Counted from the first letter of the stretch, positions 36,565 through 46,263 are shown. The stretch: DNA of 64,000 bases from an uncultured Gammaproteobacteria bacterium (GCA_965231125.1 OZ246414.1:81739-145738); one strand, 5' to 3'. The notes: generated by a model not told the origin, from the letters alone. Translations and numbers: made by a program.

Positions 36565-38428
36565 TCCTTTTAAAAAAAGGGAAAAGGTTGACCCGGTAGA
36601 AGCAGAACTGGCTCAAACCCGAGCAAAAGTGGCCAATGTTCTCGGTAGGGGAATGACAGATGTAAAGGACGTGATTGCTCCACCGGCCATTGAAATCGAC
36701 TTTGATTACTTAAGAATTGGTGAGTTGTACTTCCGCACATTATTTATCACTGGCTACCCTCGCTTTGTCGGTGCTAATTGGCTGGCTCAAATTATAAATT
36801 TTGACCATACCCTTGATATTTCCTTCTACTACTACCCCGTTGAATCGAAGGGAATACTTGACGATCTGCGGCGAAAAATCGCCGAGATGGAGGCTACGAT
36901 TGAAAGCGACCTAGAGGCAGGTAGAGTCTTAGATCCTGGGGTCCGAATTGCTTTAGAGGATGCTCAAGCCCTCCAGGAACAGCTAACCGCTGGTATCGAA
37001 CGCTTCTTCCAGTTTTCTTTCTACATAACCATACCCGCTTACTCCTTAGAAGAACTCAACTCTGTTACCAAACAAGTAGAAGCGGCCCTTGGGTCTCTTT
37101 TGGTCGTCTCCAAGCACGCGACGCTACAACAAGAACAGGCTTTTCAATCTGTCTTACCTACCTTCACCGATAAACTTTTGGTGACTCGGAACATGGACAC
37201 GACTTCTTTGGCTACAACTTTTCCTTTTGTTTCTAGCGAGCTAACTGCTAATGAAGGGGTTATGTACGGCATTAACGAACACAATGGATCTTTGGTCATT
37301 TTTGACCGCTTTAGCCTGGAAAATGCAAACTGCGTCGTCTTTGCAAAATCCGGAGCCGGAAAAAGCTACTTAGTTAAACTGGAGACTTTGCGTCAATTAA
37401 TGTTTGGCACTGAAGTTTTAGTTATCGATCCAGAAAACGAGTATCAAGCCTTAGCCGAGGCGATTGGAGGAGAATATATGGAATTTAAGGCCGAGTCCGG
37501 AATAAAAATAAACCCCTTCGATCTTTCCGGTATCTACCAGCAAGGAGAAAACGAACTAGGTTTAAAAATTTTGGCTCTTCACTCCCTTTTCCGAATTATG
37601 ATGGGTCAGCTAACGCCAATGGAAGATGCTGTTTTAGACAGAGCCTTGGTTGCTACCTATAAATTAAAGGGTATAACTCCAGACCCGGCCACCCAAACAA
37701 GACAGCCGCCGATTATGGAGGACCTTTACAATATCTTACTTAACATGGCGGAGCCGGAAGCTAAGGGAATGGCAACTCGTCTGGAAAAATTCATTCGGGG
37801 TTCTTTATCCGGTGTATTTAATGAGCAAAGCAATATTAACCTTAGAAATACCTTTACTGTTTTTTCTATCCGTGATATGGAGGACGAACTGCGCCCAATT
37901 GCAATGTTCATCGTCTTAGACTTTATCTGGACGAGGATCAAAAGAAATCTTAAAAAGCGGGTTCTTGTGGTAGACGAGGCTTGGTATTTAATGAAGTACC
38001 CTGACTCAGCTGCTTTCATGTACTCCATCGCAAAAAGAGCCCGTAAATACTTTTTAGGGGTGACAACAATAACTCAAGACGTCGAAGACTTTCTTTCTGG
38101 AGATTACGGTAAGGCAATTGTTACTAACTCATCTATGCAATTTCTATTAAAGCAGTCACCGGCGGCGATAGATGCAGTTACTGATATTTTTTATTTGTCC
38201 GAGGGGGAGAGAAATTTACTGCTTTCTGCCGAGATCGGCGAGGGCCTTTTCTTTGCTGGCCCTAACCACGTGGCTATTAGGGTTCAGGCTGCACCACACG
38301 AACACGGGTTAATTACTTCAAACCCAGCTGAGCTTGTTGAGAGTAACCAGCCCTCAAATATTTCCGCGCCAAACAGCCCCCCGACAGAAGAAACTACTTA
38401 TCCGGGGTCTACCCCAAACCAACTCTAA
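36554..38428 (+). CDS. virB4: VirB4/TraC/CagE-family type IV secretion ATPase
   Basis: Walker A (VVFAKSGAGKSYLV) and Walker B (RVLVVDEAWYLM), with the overall TraC-like layout. Confidence 0.8.
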   Translation: MQLNPFKKREKVDPVEAELAQTRAKVANVLGRGMTDVKDVIAPPAIEIDFDYLRIGELYFRTLFITGYPRFVGANWLAQIINFDHTLDISFYYYPVESKGILDDLRRKIAEMEATIESDLEAGRVLDPGVRIALEDAQALQEQLTAGIERFFQFSFYITIPAYSLEELNSVTKQVEAALGSLLVVSKHATLQQEQAFQSVLPTFTDKLLVTRNMDTTSLATTFPFVSSELTANEGVMYGINEHNGSLVIFDRFSLENANCVVFAKSGAGKSYLVKLETLRQLMFGTEVLVIDPENEYQALAEAIGGEYMEFKAESGIKINPFDLSGIYQQGENELGLKILALHSLFRIMMGQLTPMEDAVLDRALVATYKLKGITPDPATQTRQPPIMEDLYNILLNMAEPEAKGMATRLEKFIRGSLSGVFNEQSNINLRNTFTVFSIRDMEDELRPIAMFIVLDFIWTRIKRNLKKRVLVVDEAWYLMKYPDSAAFMYSIAKRARKYFLGVTTITQDVEDFLSGDYGKAIVTNSSMQFLLKQSPAAIDAVTDIFYLSEGERNLLLSAEIGEGLFFAGPNHVAIRVQAAPHEHGLITSNPAELVESNQPSNISAPNSPPTEETTYPGSTPNQL

Positions 38429-39528
38429 ACTTTAACTTCGACAGTTCCTTCATTAACTTTAAAAATTTTACTCTCCTTTAAAATCCACTCAGGGAAGATA
38501 GTCTCCGAAGTGGCGGTGATAATACTTTGCTGCTTTGGCAAAGCCTTAAGTATATGTTCTTGGTTAATTTTATCAAACTCACTTAAAACATCGTCCAAAA
38601 GAAGGGTAGGGTCGGTGCCGAAACTCTCTTTAATAAAGGCTAGCTCGACCAATTTTAAGGCTAAGGTGGCAAGTCTTTTCTCACCCCGAGATCCAAAGAT
38701 ATTAATATCTTTTTCCAGAAGCACGTCCGACTTTAAAGTTTCAAACACTATTTTGAAATCGTCTCGGTGGGGACCAAAAGACGTTACCATTTTTTCGATA
38801 TCGGTTTCTTTGTTTTTTACTAGTTGCAGGCTAATTAGCCTTTTTATTTCACTGGCGTCTTTAACTTTTTCTTTGAACGGCGCGTAATCTATGCGTATAG
38901 TCGCGTTTGCAATTTTTTCACTGGTTTTTTTCAGAAGCTTGTTTATCTCTCCAACAAACGCGAGCCGCCTCTCCCAAATGAAGCTTCCTAGGCTGGCAAT
39001 CTGTTTGTCCCAAGGCAAAAGGTCTTGGGGTTTACCTGCCTTTATAAGCCAGAGGAGTTTATTGCGGTTTTTCATGGCTCTAAAGTACCGGCTCAAAGAG
39101 TAGAGATAGTTTTTATCCGTCACCGAAAGGGTCTGGTCTAAAAACCGTCGTCTTTTTTCCGGACCGCCGGAAACAATATCCAAGCTTTCTGGTGAGAACA
39201 GGACTACCGGAAAGACTCCAATTACGGAGGCTCTGTTTTTGGGTTGATTGTTAACAGAAACTTTTTTCATCGTTTTGTTGATAAGAATTTTAATTTCGTT
39301 ATGCGCGGCGTTACCCCTAACTTGGGCTTCTTCCGCAGCCCAATTAATTAGATCCGCGTCGATATTCGTCCGAAACGATTTCGTGGTGGCTAAAAGATAA
39401 ATGGCTTCAATTATATTTGTCTTACCTTGAGCGTTATTACCGACAAGCAGATTAATTTTCTGAGAAAGAGGTAGTTTCAAATTTGAAATGTTTCTAAAAT
39501 TTTTTAAATAGAGGTTTTCTAACCACAT
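38425..39528 (-). CDS. recF: DNA replication and repair protein RecF
   Basis: N-terminal Walker A (LLVGNNAQGKTNIIEAI), an SMC-like signature near the C-terminus, and a position after dnaN. Confidence 0.85.
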   Translation of the reverse strand: MWLENLYLKNFRNISNLKLPLSQKINLLVGNNAQGKTNIIEAIYLLATTKSFRTNIDADLINWAAEEAQVRGNAAHNEIKILINKTMKKVSVNNQPKNRASVIGVFPVVLFSPESLDIVSGGPEKRRRFLDQTLSVTDKNYLYSLSRYFRAMKNRNKLLWLIKAGKPQDLLPWDKQIASLGSFIWERRLAFVGEINKLLKKTSEKIANATIRIDYAPFKEKVKDASEIKRLISLQLVKNKETDIEKMVTSFGPHRDDFKIVFETLKSDVLLEKDINIFGSRGEKRLATLALKLVELAFIKESFGTDPTLLLDDVLSEFDKINQEHILKALPKQQSIITATSETIFPEWILKESKIFKVNEGTVEVKV

Positions 39529-40631
39529 TAGTTCTGGGTTCGAACCGGCATAACAAGATACATAAATGAGGGGTCTTCGGCAGACTTTATCAGTGCTGGT
39601 TTATCGGGGCCGGCGAATTGAACCTCAAACTTTTCGCCGGTTAGTACTCCTACGCCCTCGGCGAGAAAACGACTGTTAAAAGATATTTTGATATCCTGTC
39701 CCTTAACTTTAGCCTGTAGACTTACCCTTCCTTCCCCAATTTGCGCTGAAGAAGCGCTTATAGATTGCTCTTTCTCGCTAAAGAGTAGGTGAACAACATT
39801 TCCGATATCTTTTGCAAAGGTGGTCGCCGTTTTTAGATTACTAAGAAAATCCTCTTTTTCTAAGAGAGCACTCGCGATAAATTGATCTGGAATTATTTGT
39901 TCAAACTTAGGGAATTCTCCCGCAAGTAGTTTTGTAAATACTTCTGTATGGGCTACTTCAAAGTAGGCTTGATTATCGCCCCGCGATATACCTATATTTA
40001 TAAACTCATCTTCTGATTCATCAAGAATTTTGCTTGACTCCATAAGTACACGCGCCGGAACAATTACTTCTTCCTCGTCCAGAAGGACTCCCATATCTTT
40101 TTTGGCGAGCCGATAACCGTCGGTTGCAACTAGCTGAGTGTTTTCTTTATTGGTCCTAAACAAGACTCCTGTTAGGATTGGTCGCCCTTCGTCTAAACTT
40201 GCAGCTACCCCTACTTGTTTTACCGAAGACAAGAGAGATTTTTTTTTAATTTTTTTGCTTTTTGATTTCTCTGCTTCCGGTGGGGTGGGGAACTCGCTGG
40301 CGGAAATTGTCGGCACGCTCGCGTGCGTTTTGGCGGTGTTGATCACTAAGCTTTCTTTTTCTAATTCTAATGATATCTTCTCGTCCGCTACACTAGCCAA
40401 AAACTCAATTAAAGTTCTTGCTGGAGCGGTTACTGCCCCTTCATTTAAAATCTTCGCTGGGACCCAGGTTTTGATTGTTGTTTCTAAATCCGTACCAATT
40501 AATCTCAACCCCCCAGATTCTGTTTCCATGAGGATATTACCTAAGACCGGAGTTGTCGGTTTAACCGTCACTGCTTTACCAACAAAACTGACCGCTTTGT
40601 AAATATCATCTTTGTTGATCTGTAATTTCAT
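39528..40631 (-). CDS. dnaN: DNA polymerase III beta sliding clamp
   Basis: Three-domain beta-clamp pattern. The start is set at MKLQINKDD, because the upstream 14 codons are the AT-rich intergenic sequence. Confidence 0.8.
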   Translation of the reverse strand: MKLQINKDDIYKAVSFVGKAVTVKPTTPVLGNILMETESGGLRLIGTDLETTIKTWVPAKILNEGAVTAPARTLIEFLASVADEKISLELEKESLVINTAKTHASVPTISASEFPTPPEAEKSKSKKIKKKSLLSSVKQVGVAASLDEGRPILTGVLFRTNKENTQLVATDGYRLAKKDMGVLLDEEEVIVPARVLMESSKILDESEDEFINIGISRGDNQAYFEVAHTEVFTKLLAGEFPKFEQIIPDQFIASALLEKEDFLSNLKTATTFAKDIGNVVHLLFSEKEQSISASSAQIGEGRVSLQAKVKGQDIKISFNSRFLAEGVGVLTGEKFEVQFAGPDKPALIKSAEDPSFMYLVMPVRTQN

Positions 40632-40765
40632 ATATAGTATATATAATATAATAGTAGTATTAGGCGGTGTCAAAATGTCAGTAACTAGATGCAGGTTACA
40701 ATGACGTTAGAGGGCAGCAAAGGACACACTTCTCTGTGCAAAACATGTGAGCAGAAGGTGAGTAA
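40632..40765. promoter_or_regulatory. dnaA-dnaN intergenic region with an AT-rich tract (candidate DNA-unwinding element)
   Basis: TATATAGTATATATAATATAATAGTAGTATT lies immediately upstream of dnaN. No perfect TTATCCACA boxes were found. Confidence 0.35.
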
Positions 40766-42160
40766 CTACACCCCGTTTATGGAGTTTGTGAAAACACGCG
40801 CCCTTATCTGAGTGATTAATCCACGAGTTTTTGACGAGCCGTCAAGCAGGCGTTTGATTTTTTCCACAGAGTAAATCACACTGGTGTGGTCGGACTTGTT
40901 TAACAAGGAGGCGATTTTTTGCAGCGGTAGAGTTAGATCCATTCTCAGAATGTACATAGCTATCTGGCGAGGGAACACAATGTCAGACCGGCGGCTCGCG
41001 CTTTTCAAATCCTTTATCGAAAGCGAGAAGTATTTAGCCACCTGTAAAATAACAAAATCTGAGTTTGTCTGCGCGGTCTTCTCAAGACGGGTCAACTGAA
41101 GAACTTGCTGGACTAAATCTTCTGAGACAGGCTGGTTAGAAAATTTAGAATAAGTTAGCAGTCTAATGAAACCACCTTCAAGATCACGGATATTATTAAC
41201 GTAGACCTGCGCCAAAAGGCGGATTATTTTAGTCGGAAGCTGGACGCTTCGATCTTTACATTTTTGATAAAGTACAGCTTCGCGAAGTTCGAACTCTGGA
41301 GCGGCGATGTCGGCTATCATCCCGGCCTCAAAACGACTTTTTAATCTTTCGGCAAGACGGCCAATTAAAGCCGGCTGTCGATCGGCGGCCAAAACTACCT
41401 GTTTTCTCGCCGCGAATAGAGCATTGAAAGTGTGGAAGACCTCCTCTTGGGTAGATTCCCGTCCTGATAAAAACTGGACATCGTCGATCACGAGTAGATC
41501 AGCACTGCGGTATTTAGCTCTAAAATTAGTAGTCGTCTTGGTTTGAATGGCAGCAACTAAATCATTAGTAAATTCTTCACAGGTAGAATAGAAGACTTTA
41601 AGTTTGGGATTTTTCGCTAAAGCCTCCTGGGCAATAGCCTGGATGAGATGAGTCTTACCAACCCCAACCCCGCCGTAAATGAAAAGGGGGTTGTAAGGCT
41701 TGTCACCAAGTTCGGAGACCGCTTTAGCGGCAGCATAAGCGAGTTGGTTACTTTTGCCGGAGACGAAAGCGTTGAAGGAAAAGGCCGGGTTAAGCCGTGC
41801 CTTTGTTAAAGCTTCCTGTAATTCATCAACGTCGGTATTAGTGAAAAGCGCTGGCAATGAGTAAGCTTCCCGTACCCTTCTGAGTTTAGATTTGTTGGTA
41901 ACCTCTTTTTCCAAAGGGCGAACGCTAAAAACGATGCTAATATTTTTGGCAGTAGCTTTGTCTAAAATAGATTTAATTTGGCCATGGTAGCGAGATTCCA
42001 GCCAGTTTTTTACGTAGGAAGAGCTGCAGCCAATTTCTACCAAATTTTCGTCCAAAGAAACTAAGGTGGTCTTTCCTTTAAACCAAGTCTGAAAATTTGC
42101 AGCCGATAAATCCATCTGCAATTGAGCTAAGGTTGATTCCCAAAGATTATTTTTATCCAT
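40766..42160 (-). CDS. dnaA: chromosomal replication initiator DnaA
   Basis: AAA+ Walker A (GGVGVGKTHL), Walker B (LLVIDDVQFL) and a C-terminal DnaA-box binding domain. The start is set at MDKNNLWES, because the 96-codon upstream extension overlaps rpmH on the other strand. Confidence 0.9.
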   Translation of the reverse strand: MDKNNLWESTLAQLQMDLSAANFQTWFKGKTTLVSLDENLVEIGCSSSYVKNWLESRYHGQIKSILDKATAKNISIVFSVRPLEKEVTNKSKLRRVREAYSLPALFTNTDVDELQEALTKARLNPAFSFNAFVSGKSNQLAYAAAKAVSELGDKPYNPLFIYGGVGVGKTHLIQAIAQEALAKNPKLKVFYSTCEEFTNDLVAAIQTKTTTNFRAKYRSADLLVIDDVQFLSGRESTQEEVFHTFNALFAARKQVVLAADRQPALIGRLAERLKSRFEAGMIADIAAPEFELREAVLYQKCKDRSVQLPTKIIRLLAQVYVNNIRDLEGGFIRLLTYSKFSNQPVSEDLVQQVLQLTRLEKTAQTNSDFVILQVAKYFSLSIKDLKSASRRSDIVFPRQIAMYILRMDLTLPLQKIASLLNKSDHTSVIYSVEKIKRLLDGSSKTRGLITQIRARVFTNSINGV

Positions 42161-42392
42161 AAGATGGCAATTAATGACGTCCTCCCCGAGCCAAGTCGGG
42201 GTTGCCGACGTTTTCTCGCCCCGATAAATCGGGCCTCGAAAATAAATCACGCGAGCGTGATGGGCCGAGTTAAGGACTCGGTAGGCAGGGGGTAGATCTT
42301 TCAAAAGAGGTAAAACTATATTAGGTAAAAGTACCGAGACGGTCAAGAAGGACATACTACTACCTTTCTGTATCAGTAGATTCTGGGCGCAT

Positions 42393-42421
42393 TTGACATT
42401 GGTAGAGTCCTTATCTATACT
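42393..42421 (+). promoter_or_regulatory. sigma-70-like promoter for rpmH (TTGACA-17-TATACT); the transcript would be near-leaderless
   Basis: TTGACATTGGTAGAGTCCTTATCTATACT ends 6 nt before the GTG start of rpmH. Confidence 0.45.
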
Positions 42422-42427
42422 ACTCTC

Positions 42428-42565
42428 GTGCCAAAAAGAACGTACCAACCAAAAAAATTAAAAAGAGCCAAAAAACACGGCTTTCGGGCTAGGGCCAAAA
42501 CAAAAGGCGGACAACAAGTCCTTAAAAGAAGAATATTAAAGGGAAGAAAACGACTTTCGGTTTAA
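42428..42565 (+). CDS. rpmH: 50S ribosomal protein L34 (GTG start)
   Basis: Translation gives [45 protein letters not shown]. It is missing from the ORF track (below 60 aa). Its stop overlaps the rnpA ATG (TAATG). Confidence 0.85.
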   Translation: MPKRTYQPKKLKRAKKHGFRARAKTKGGQQVLKRRILKGRKRLSV

Positions 42566-42909
42566 TGCTCCCGAAAAGAAATAGATTAAATTTAAAAAAA
42601 GACAGGTTTTTAAAAGGGAGTACTCAATTTGCGAGCCCCTTTTTTAAGTTGCTTTTAAAGAAAAGCGCAGGAGACGGACCAAAGATCGGGTTTATTGTCA
42701 GTGGTAAAGTAGGCAAGGCGGCTTCTCGAAACCGGGTTAAAAGACTACTGTCCGAGGCAGCGGCAAGTAAATTAGAAATGATTTCCGAAGACGCTCTCCT
42801 CATTTTTATCGCTTTTCCTGCTTCTGGCAAAGCCGGTCTGGAGGAAATAAAAACTAGTGTTGATGATACCCTCTCTAAAGCAAAAATACTCAAAGGAGGA
42901 AGTCTATAA
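42565..42909 (+). CDS. rnpA: ribonuclease P protein component
   Basis: Basic 114-aa protein immediately after rpmH and before yidC. Has the RNR-like KRNRLN motif region. Confidence 0.75.
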   Translation: MLPKRNRLNLKKDRFLKGSTQFASPFFKLLLKKSAGDGPKIGFIVSGKVGKAASRNRVKRLLSEAAASKLEMISEDALLIFIAFPASGKAGLEEIKTSVDDTLSKAKILKGGSL

Positions 42910-43632
42910 ATGGTAAATTTTTTTGTAGACCTCTTGATTAAACTTAATAACATAACGGGAAACTTAGGCGTAACGCTAATTGTTGTTGGAATTGTCAGCA
43001 GAGCAATCTTCTACCCGTTCTTAAAATCAGCCTACAAACAAAGTCAGCTCCAAAGAGAATTAAAGTCGAAAATGGATGAGCTCAAGAAAAAGCACAAAGA
43101 TAAATCCAGGCTTGCTAAAGAGCAAATGAGGCTTTATCGCGAAATGGGGATTAACCCTGTCGCTGGTTGCCTTTCTCTACCAATTCAGCTCGTCGTGCTC
43201 TACCTGATATTTGCTGGGTTGCGGCGGATTCTGGGCTCTGGGGTGGAAACCCATTTTTTAATTTGGGATTTAGCAAAGCCAGATACATATAAATTTGCGA
43301 GTATACCGTTTGCTATACCGGGCATTCTTATCGTTCTTACGGCGGTAGCGACTTTTTTCCAGACGAAAATGGCGACCCCGACTGCCCCAACACCGCCTCC
43401 CAAAAACCAGAAAGATGGTAGTGGGAATGTAGATTTTACCGAAGCATTAGCCGCCTCGCAAGGCCAAATGGTATTCTTATTACCAATTGTAATCTTATTC
43501 AGCGGTATTAGCTTTCCCGCTGGACTCGCGCTCTATTGGTTTGCGGGAAGTTTCTTTGGTATAATCCAACAATATTATATCGCTGGCTGGGGAGGTTTAA
43601 CTCCATGGGTAAAGATGTTGAAAAAAGCCTAG
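42910..43632 (+). CDS. yidC: membrane protein insertase YidC (short form)
   Basis: A 240-aa Oxa1-type core of five TM helices. Lies in the rnpA-yidC-jag synteny. Confidence 0.8.
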   Translation: MVNFFVDLLIKLNNITGNLGVTLIVVGIVSRAIFYPFLKSAYKQSQLQRELKSKMDELKKKHKDKSRLAKEQMRLYREMGINPVAGCLSLPIQLVVLYLIFAGLRRILGSGVETHFLIWDLAKPDTYKFASIPFAIPGILIVLTAVATFFQTKMATPTAPTPPPKNQKDGSGNVDFTEALAASQGQMVFLLPIVILFSGISFPAGLALYWFAGSFFGIIQQYYIAGWGGLTPWVKMLKKA

Positions 43633-44078
43633 CTGTCGCCGAGGAGCTAACTAAAAAGTTGCTTAAGGACCTAGGGTTTTCCACCAAGGTAGAGGCTCGT
43701 CAGGAAAAAGATTTTGTCCAGGTCAATGTAAGTGGAGCGGATTTAGGCCTTTTGATAGGGTATCACGGCGAAAATCTAGGAGCGCTCCAGCTTATCCTAG
43801 GGCTGATGATAAATAAAAAATTAGAAGCCGAGGATTGGACACCAATTAATCTTGATGTTGGTGGTTGGCGCGATGAAAGATTAGACGCTTTAAAAAGTTT
43901 GGTAGAGAAAGCGGCCACCGAAGTAGGAGCCTCCAAGAAAGAGATTGCGTTGCCACCGATGCCGGCTTCACAAAGACGCAGTGTTCACATGATTCTGGCG
44001 GAAGAATTTCCGCACTTAACTTCGGAATCCGAAGGTGAAGAACCAAACCGCCGGATTGTAATCAAAAAAGCTTCGTAA
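43605..44078 (+). CDS. jag: KhpB/Jag (KH plus R3H RNA-binding protein)
   Basis: GYHGENLGALQ KH-like motif and a C-terminal R3H domain. Overlaps the yidC 3' end. Confidence 0.7.
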   Translation: MGKDVEKSLAVAEELTKKLLKDLGFSTKVEARQEKDFVQVNVSGADLGLLIGYHGENLGALQLILGLMINKKLEAEDWTPINLDVGGWRDERLDALKSLVEKAATEVGASKKEIALPPMPASQRRSVHMILAEEFPHLTSESEGEEPNRRIVIKKAS

Positions 44079-44080
44079 GA

Positions 44081-44548
44081 GTGGTCGAGAGGAACGAACT
44101 TTTGGAAATTTCTAAAAATAGTAAACCCCAACATTTAACTATCTATACTGATGGTGGAGCGAGAGGCAACCCAGGGCCAGGAGCGTGCGCCTGCGTAATT
44201 GAGGATTCTGCGGGAAAATTGCGGTTATTAAGCGGGAAATACTTGGGAATAACTACGAATAACGCTGCTGAATATCAAGGTGTGATTTTGGCCTTTGAGG
44301 AGCTGGTGAAAATTAAAGAAAACTTGGCGTCTGACATAAAATTAGAGTTTAGACTAGATTCGTCTTTGGTGGTGAACCAACTCAACGGAATCTATAAAGT
44401 TAAGGATAAGAACATAAGAGCGCAAGTGCTCCGGATTCGGCAGTTGGAAGCTGTCTTCCCGAACTTGTCTTATCGTTACATACCTCGAGAGCAGAATAAA
44501 ACTGCGGATGCTTTGGTAAACGAGACTCTCGATAAGGCAGTGGAGTAG
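44081..44548 (+). CDS. rnhA: ribonuclease HI
   Basis: IYTDGGARGNPGPGA...TNN.AE...E...D motif series. Confidence 0.8.
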   Translation: MVERNELLEISKNSKPQHLTIYTDGGARGNPGPGACACVIEDSAGKLRLLSGKYLGITTNNAAEYQGVILAFEELVKIKENLASDIKLEFRLDSSLVVNQLNGIYKVKDKNIRAQVLRIRQLEAVFPNLSYRYIPREQNKTADALVNETLDKAVE

Positions 44549-44604
44549 CGGCAGGTATTTATTCTCTTGTAAATTCTTTCAACATTACTTAAAATCGAGG
44601 ATCT

Positions 44605-46263
44605 ATGAGTGAGTCTGCCAAAGAAAAAATTTTCCCCTTCGCCTTAAAAAACAAAGAAACTGCTTTGGTTGTGGGCGGTGCTGGTTTTATTGGAGCCTCC
44701 GTCTGCGAAAAACTACTTTCGGAAGGGCTCTCAGTAATTTGTATTGATAACCTAACTTCTGGGGTCAAGGAGAATGTTGAGCATCTTTTAAACGCACCAA
44801 ACTTTTCGTTTATAAACGCTGATATAAATACTCCCGGGTTTAGATTACCGGCAGCTGTAAAAGTCGATTTAATTTTTCACATCGCCGGAGTCGAGGAATT
44901 TCCTGCCAACACGAACCTTTCACTAGAAACACTTTTAGTAAATTCTTTAGGAACAAGAGTTTTACTGGAGATTGCGAAAGATCAGGCAGCGAAATTCATT
45001 CTTGTTTCGTCCGCGACTTTTTATCCAGAAGTTTTTTCTGCAAGTTCGCTTAAATATTATTTTGGCAAAGATCCTAAGGATGAATCTGTATTTACTTATG
45101 GAGAGGCCAAGCGGTTCGCCGAAGCGCTTGTTGTTGAGTACTTTAAAAACTACGGACTTTTCGCTGTCGTTACCCGAGTTAAAGATGTTTACGGTCCAAG
45201 AATGAATTTAGAGGCCCAGGGGGATTTGAATAGACTAGTCTCCGAGACATTAATTGGTAAAAAACTGACGGTTGCGGGGGACGGCCTGAAAATACTTAAC
45301 CCGACGTTTATTACGGATGTTAGTGAGGGGATTGTTAAGGCGGCCGTGGCGGGGCGCAAAGGCGAAATTTACAATTTGATTAACCCCGAAAAAATTACAG
45401 TGGCCTCCCTGGTCCAAACTATTAGACAGGTAGTTGGCAGCGTTGAAATAGTGCGTAAAAACGTTGATGAAGACCTCGAGCCTGCCTTTCACCAACCAGA
45501 TTTAACGACAAGTTTTGAGACTCTTTCCTGGCGCCCTAAAGTGGCTTTGGCGGACGGAGTCTCGGAGACGGTGGCGTATTTCCGAAAAAAAGGGGGTGGA
45601 AGAGCTCCCCAACCGACGTACCTTTTGCTGGAAAACAAAAACCAACCAGTAATCAAAACTAAAGAAAACAAGAAGAAACCGCATTTTAACTACCTAAGGC
45701 TGGTTATTTTCTTAGCTTCCCTGCTACTGATACTAATTACGGTTGTCTATCCGGCAGTTGCGCTAGTTTTTAATACTTATCAGGCCAATAGAAGTTTTAA
45801 GGCTGCCGCCGACAATTTACAAGGAGACAGAACGAGAGAGACGGAGAAGTCTGCGCAAAGCGCCCAAGACCATTACCAAAAGGCTTCTCAAGATCTACAA
45901 AACCTTTCTTGGCTATTGAGTATTTTTGTCAAGAGAGAAAAACTCTCCGCTCTTGACGATTTTTATTTCAGTGGCGAAAATGTGGCGCAGGCAACCTACT
46001 CAACCGCAAACGGGCTAGATATTCTTATCCAAGATACAACTGGCACCAAACTTAGCGCTGCCCAGTCTCAACAAGCACTAGAGGCAATTAAAAACGATGC
46101 TGCGGAGTCAAAGGGAAAATTGGATTTGGTTTCGCCAACTTTGGAGTCACTTGATGATAGGAGCATCCCCCAATCTTTAAGAGACGATTTAAACCGGATT
46201 AAGCAAACGCAGAGTGTTTTAGACGAAATTAATGCGCAGCTTCTGGGCTCGACAGGTACTTGA
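44605..46263 (+). CDS. NAD-dependent epimerase/dehydratase (SDR, UDP-sugar type) fused to a C-terminal TM plus coiled-coil domain
   Basis: Rossmann motif VVGGAGFIGASVCEKL and YGEAK catalytic motif in the first roughly 330 aa. These are followed by a TM helix (LVIFLASLLLILITVVYPAVALV) and about 180 aa of coiled coil. Confidence 0.65.
   Translation: MSESAKEKIFPFALKNKETALVVGGAGFIGASVCEKLLSEGLSVICIDNLTSGVKENVEHLLNAPNFSFINADINTPGFRLPAAVKVDLIFHIAGVEEFPANTNLSLETLLVNSLGTRVLLEIAKDQAAKFILVSSATFYPEVFSASSLKYYFGKDPKDESVFTYGEAKRFAEALVVEYFKNYGLFAVVTRVKDVYGPRMNLEAQGDLNRLVSETLIGKKLTVAGDGLKILNPTFITDVSEGIVKAAVAGRKGEIYNLINPEKITVASLVQTIRQVVGSVEIVRKNVDEDLEPAFHQPDLTTSFETLSWRPKVALADGVSETVAYFRKKGGGRAPQPTYLLLENKNQPVIKTKENKKKPHFNYLRLVIFLASLLLILITVVYPAVALVFNTYQANRSFKAAADNLQGDRTRETEKSAQSAQDHYQKASQDLQNLSWLLSIFVKREKLSALDDFYFSGENVAQATYSTANGLDILIQDTTGTKLSAAQSQQALEAIKNDAAESKGKLDLVSPTLESLDDRSIPQSLRDDLNRIKQTQSVLDEINAQLLGSTGT

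Noticed and set aside
42161-42448. 96-codon N-terminal extension of the dnaA ORF
   Set aside because: It overlaps the rpmH promoter and the rpmH coding region on the opposite strand. The DnaA domain I begins at MDKNNLWES (42160).
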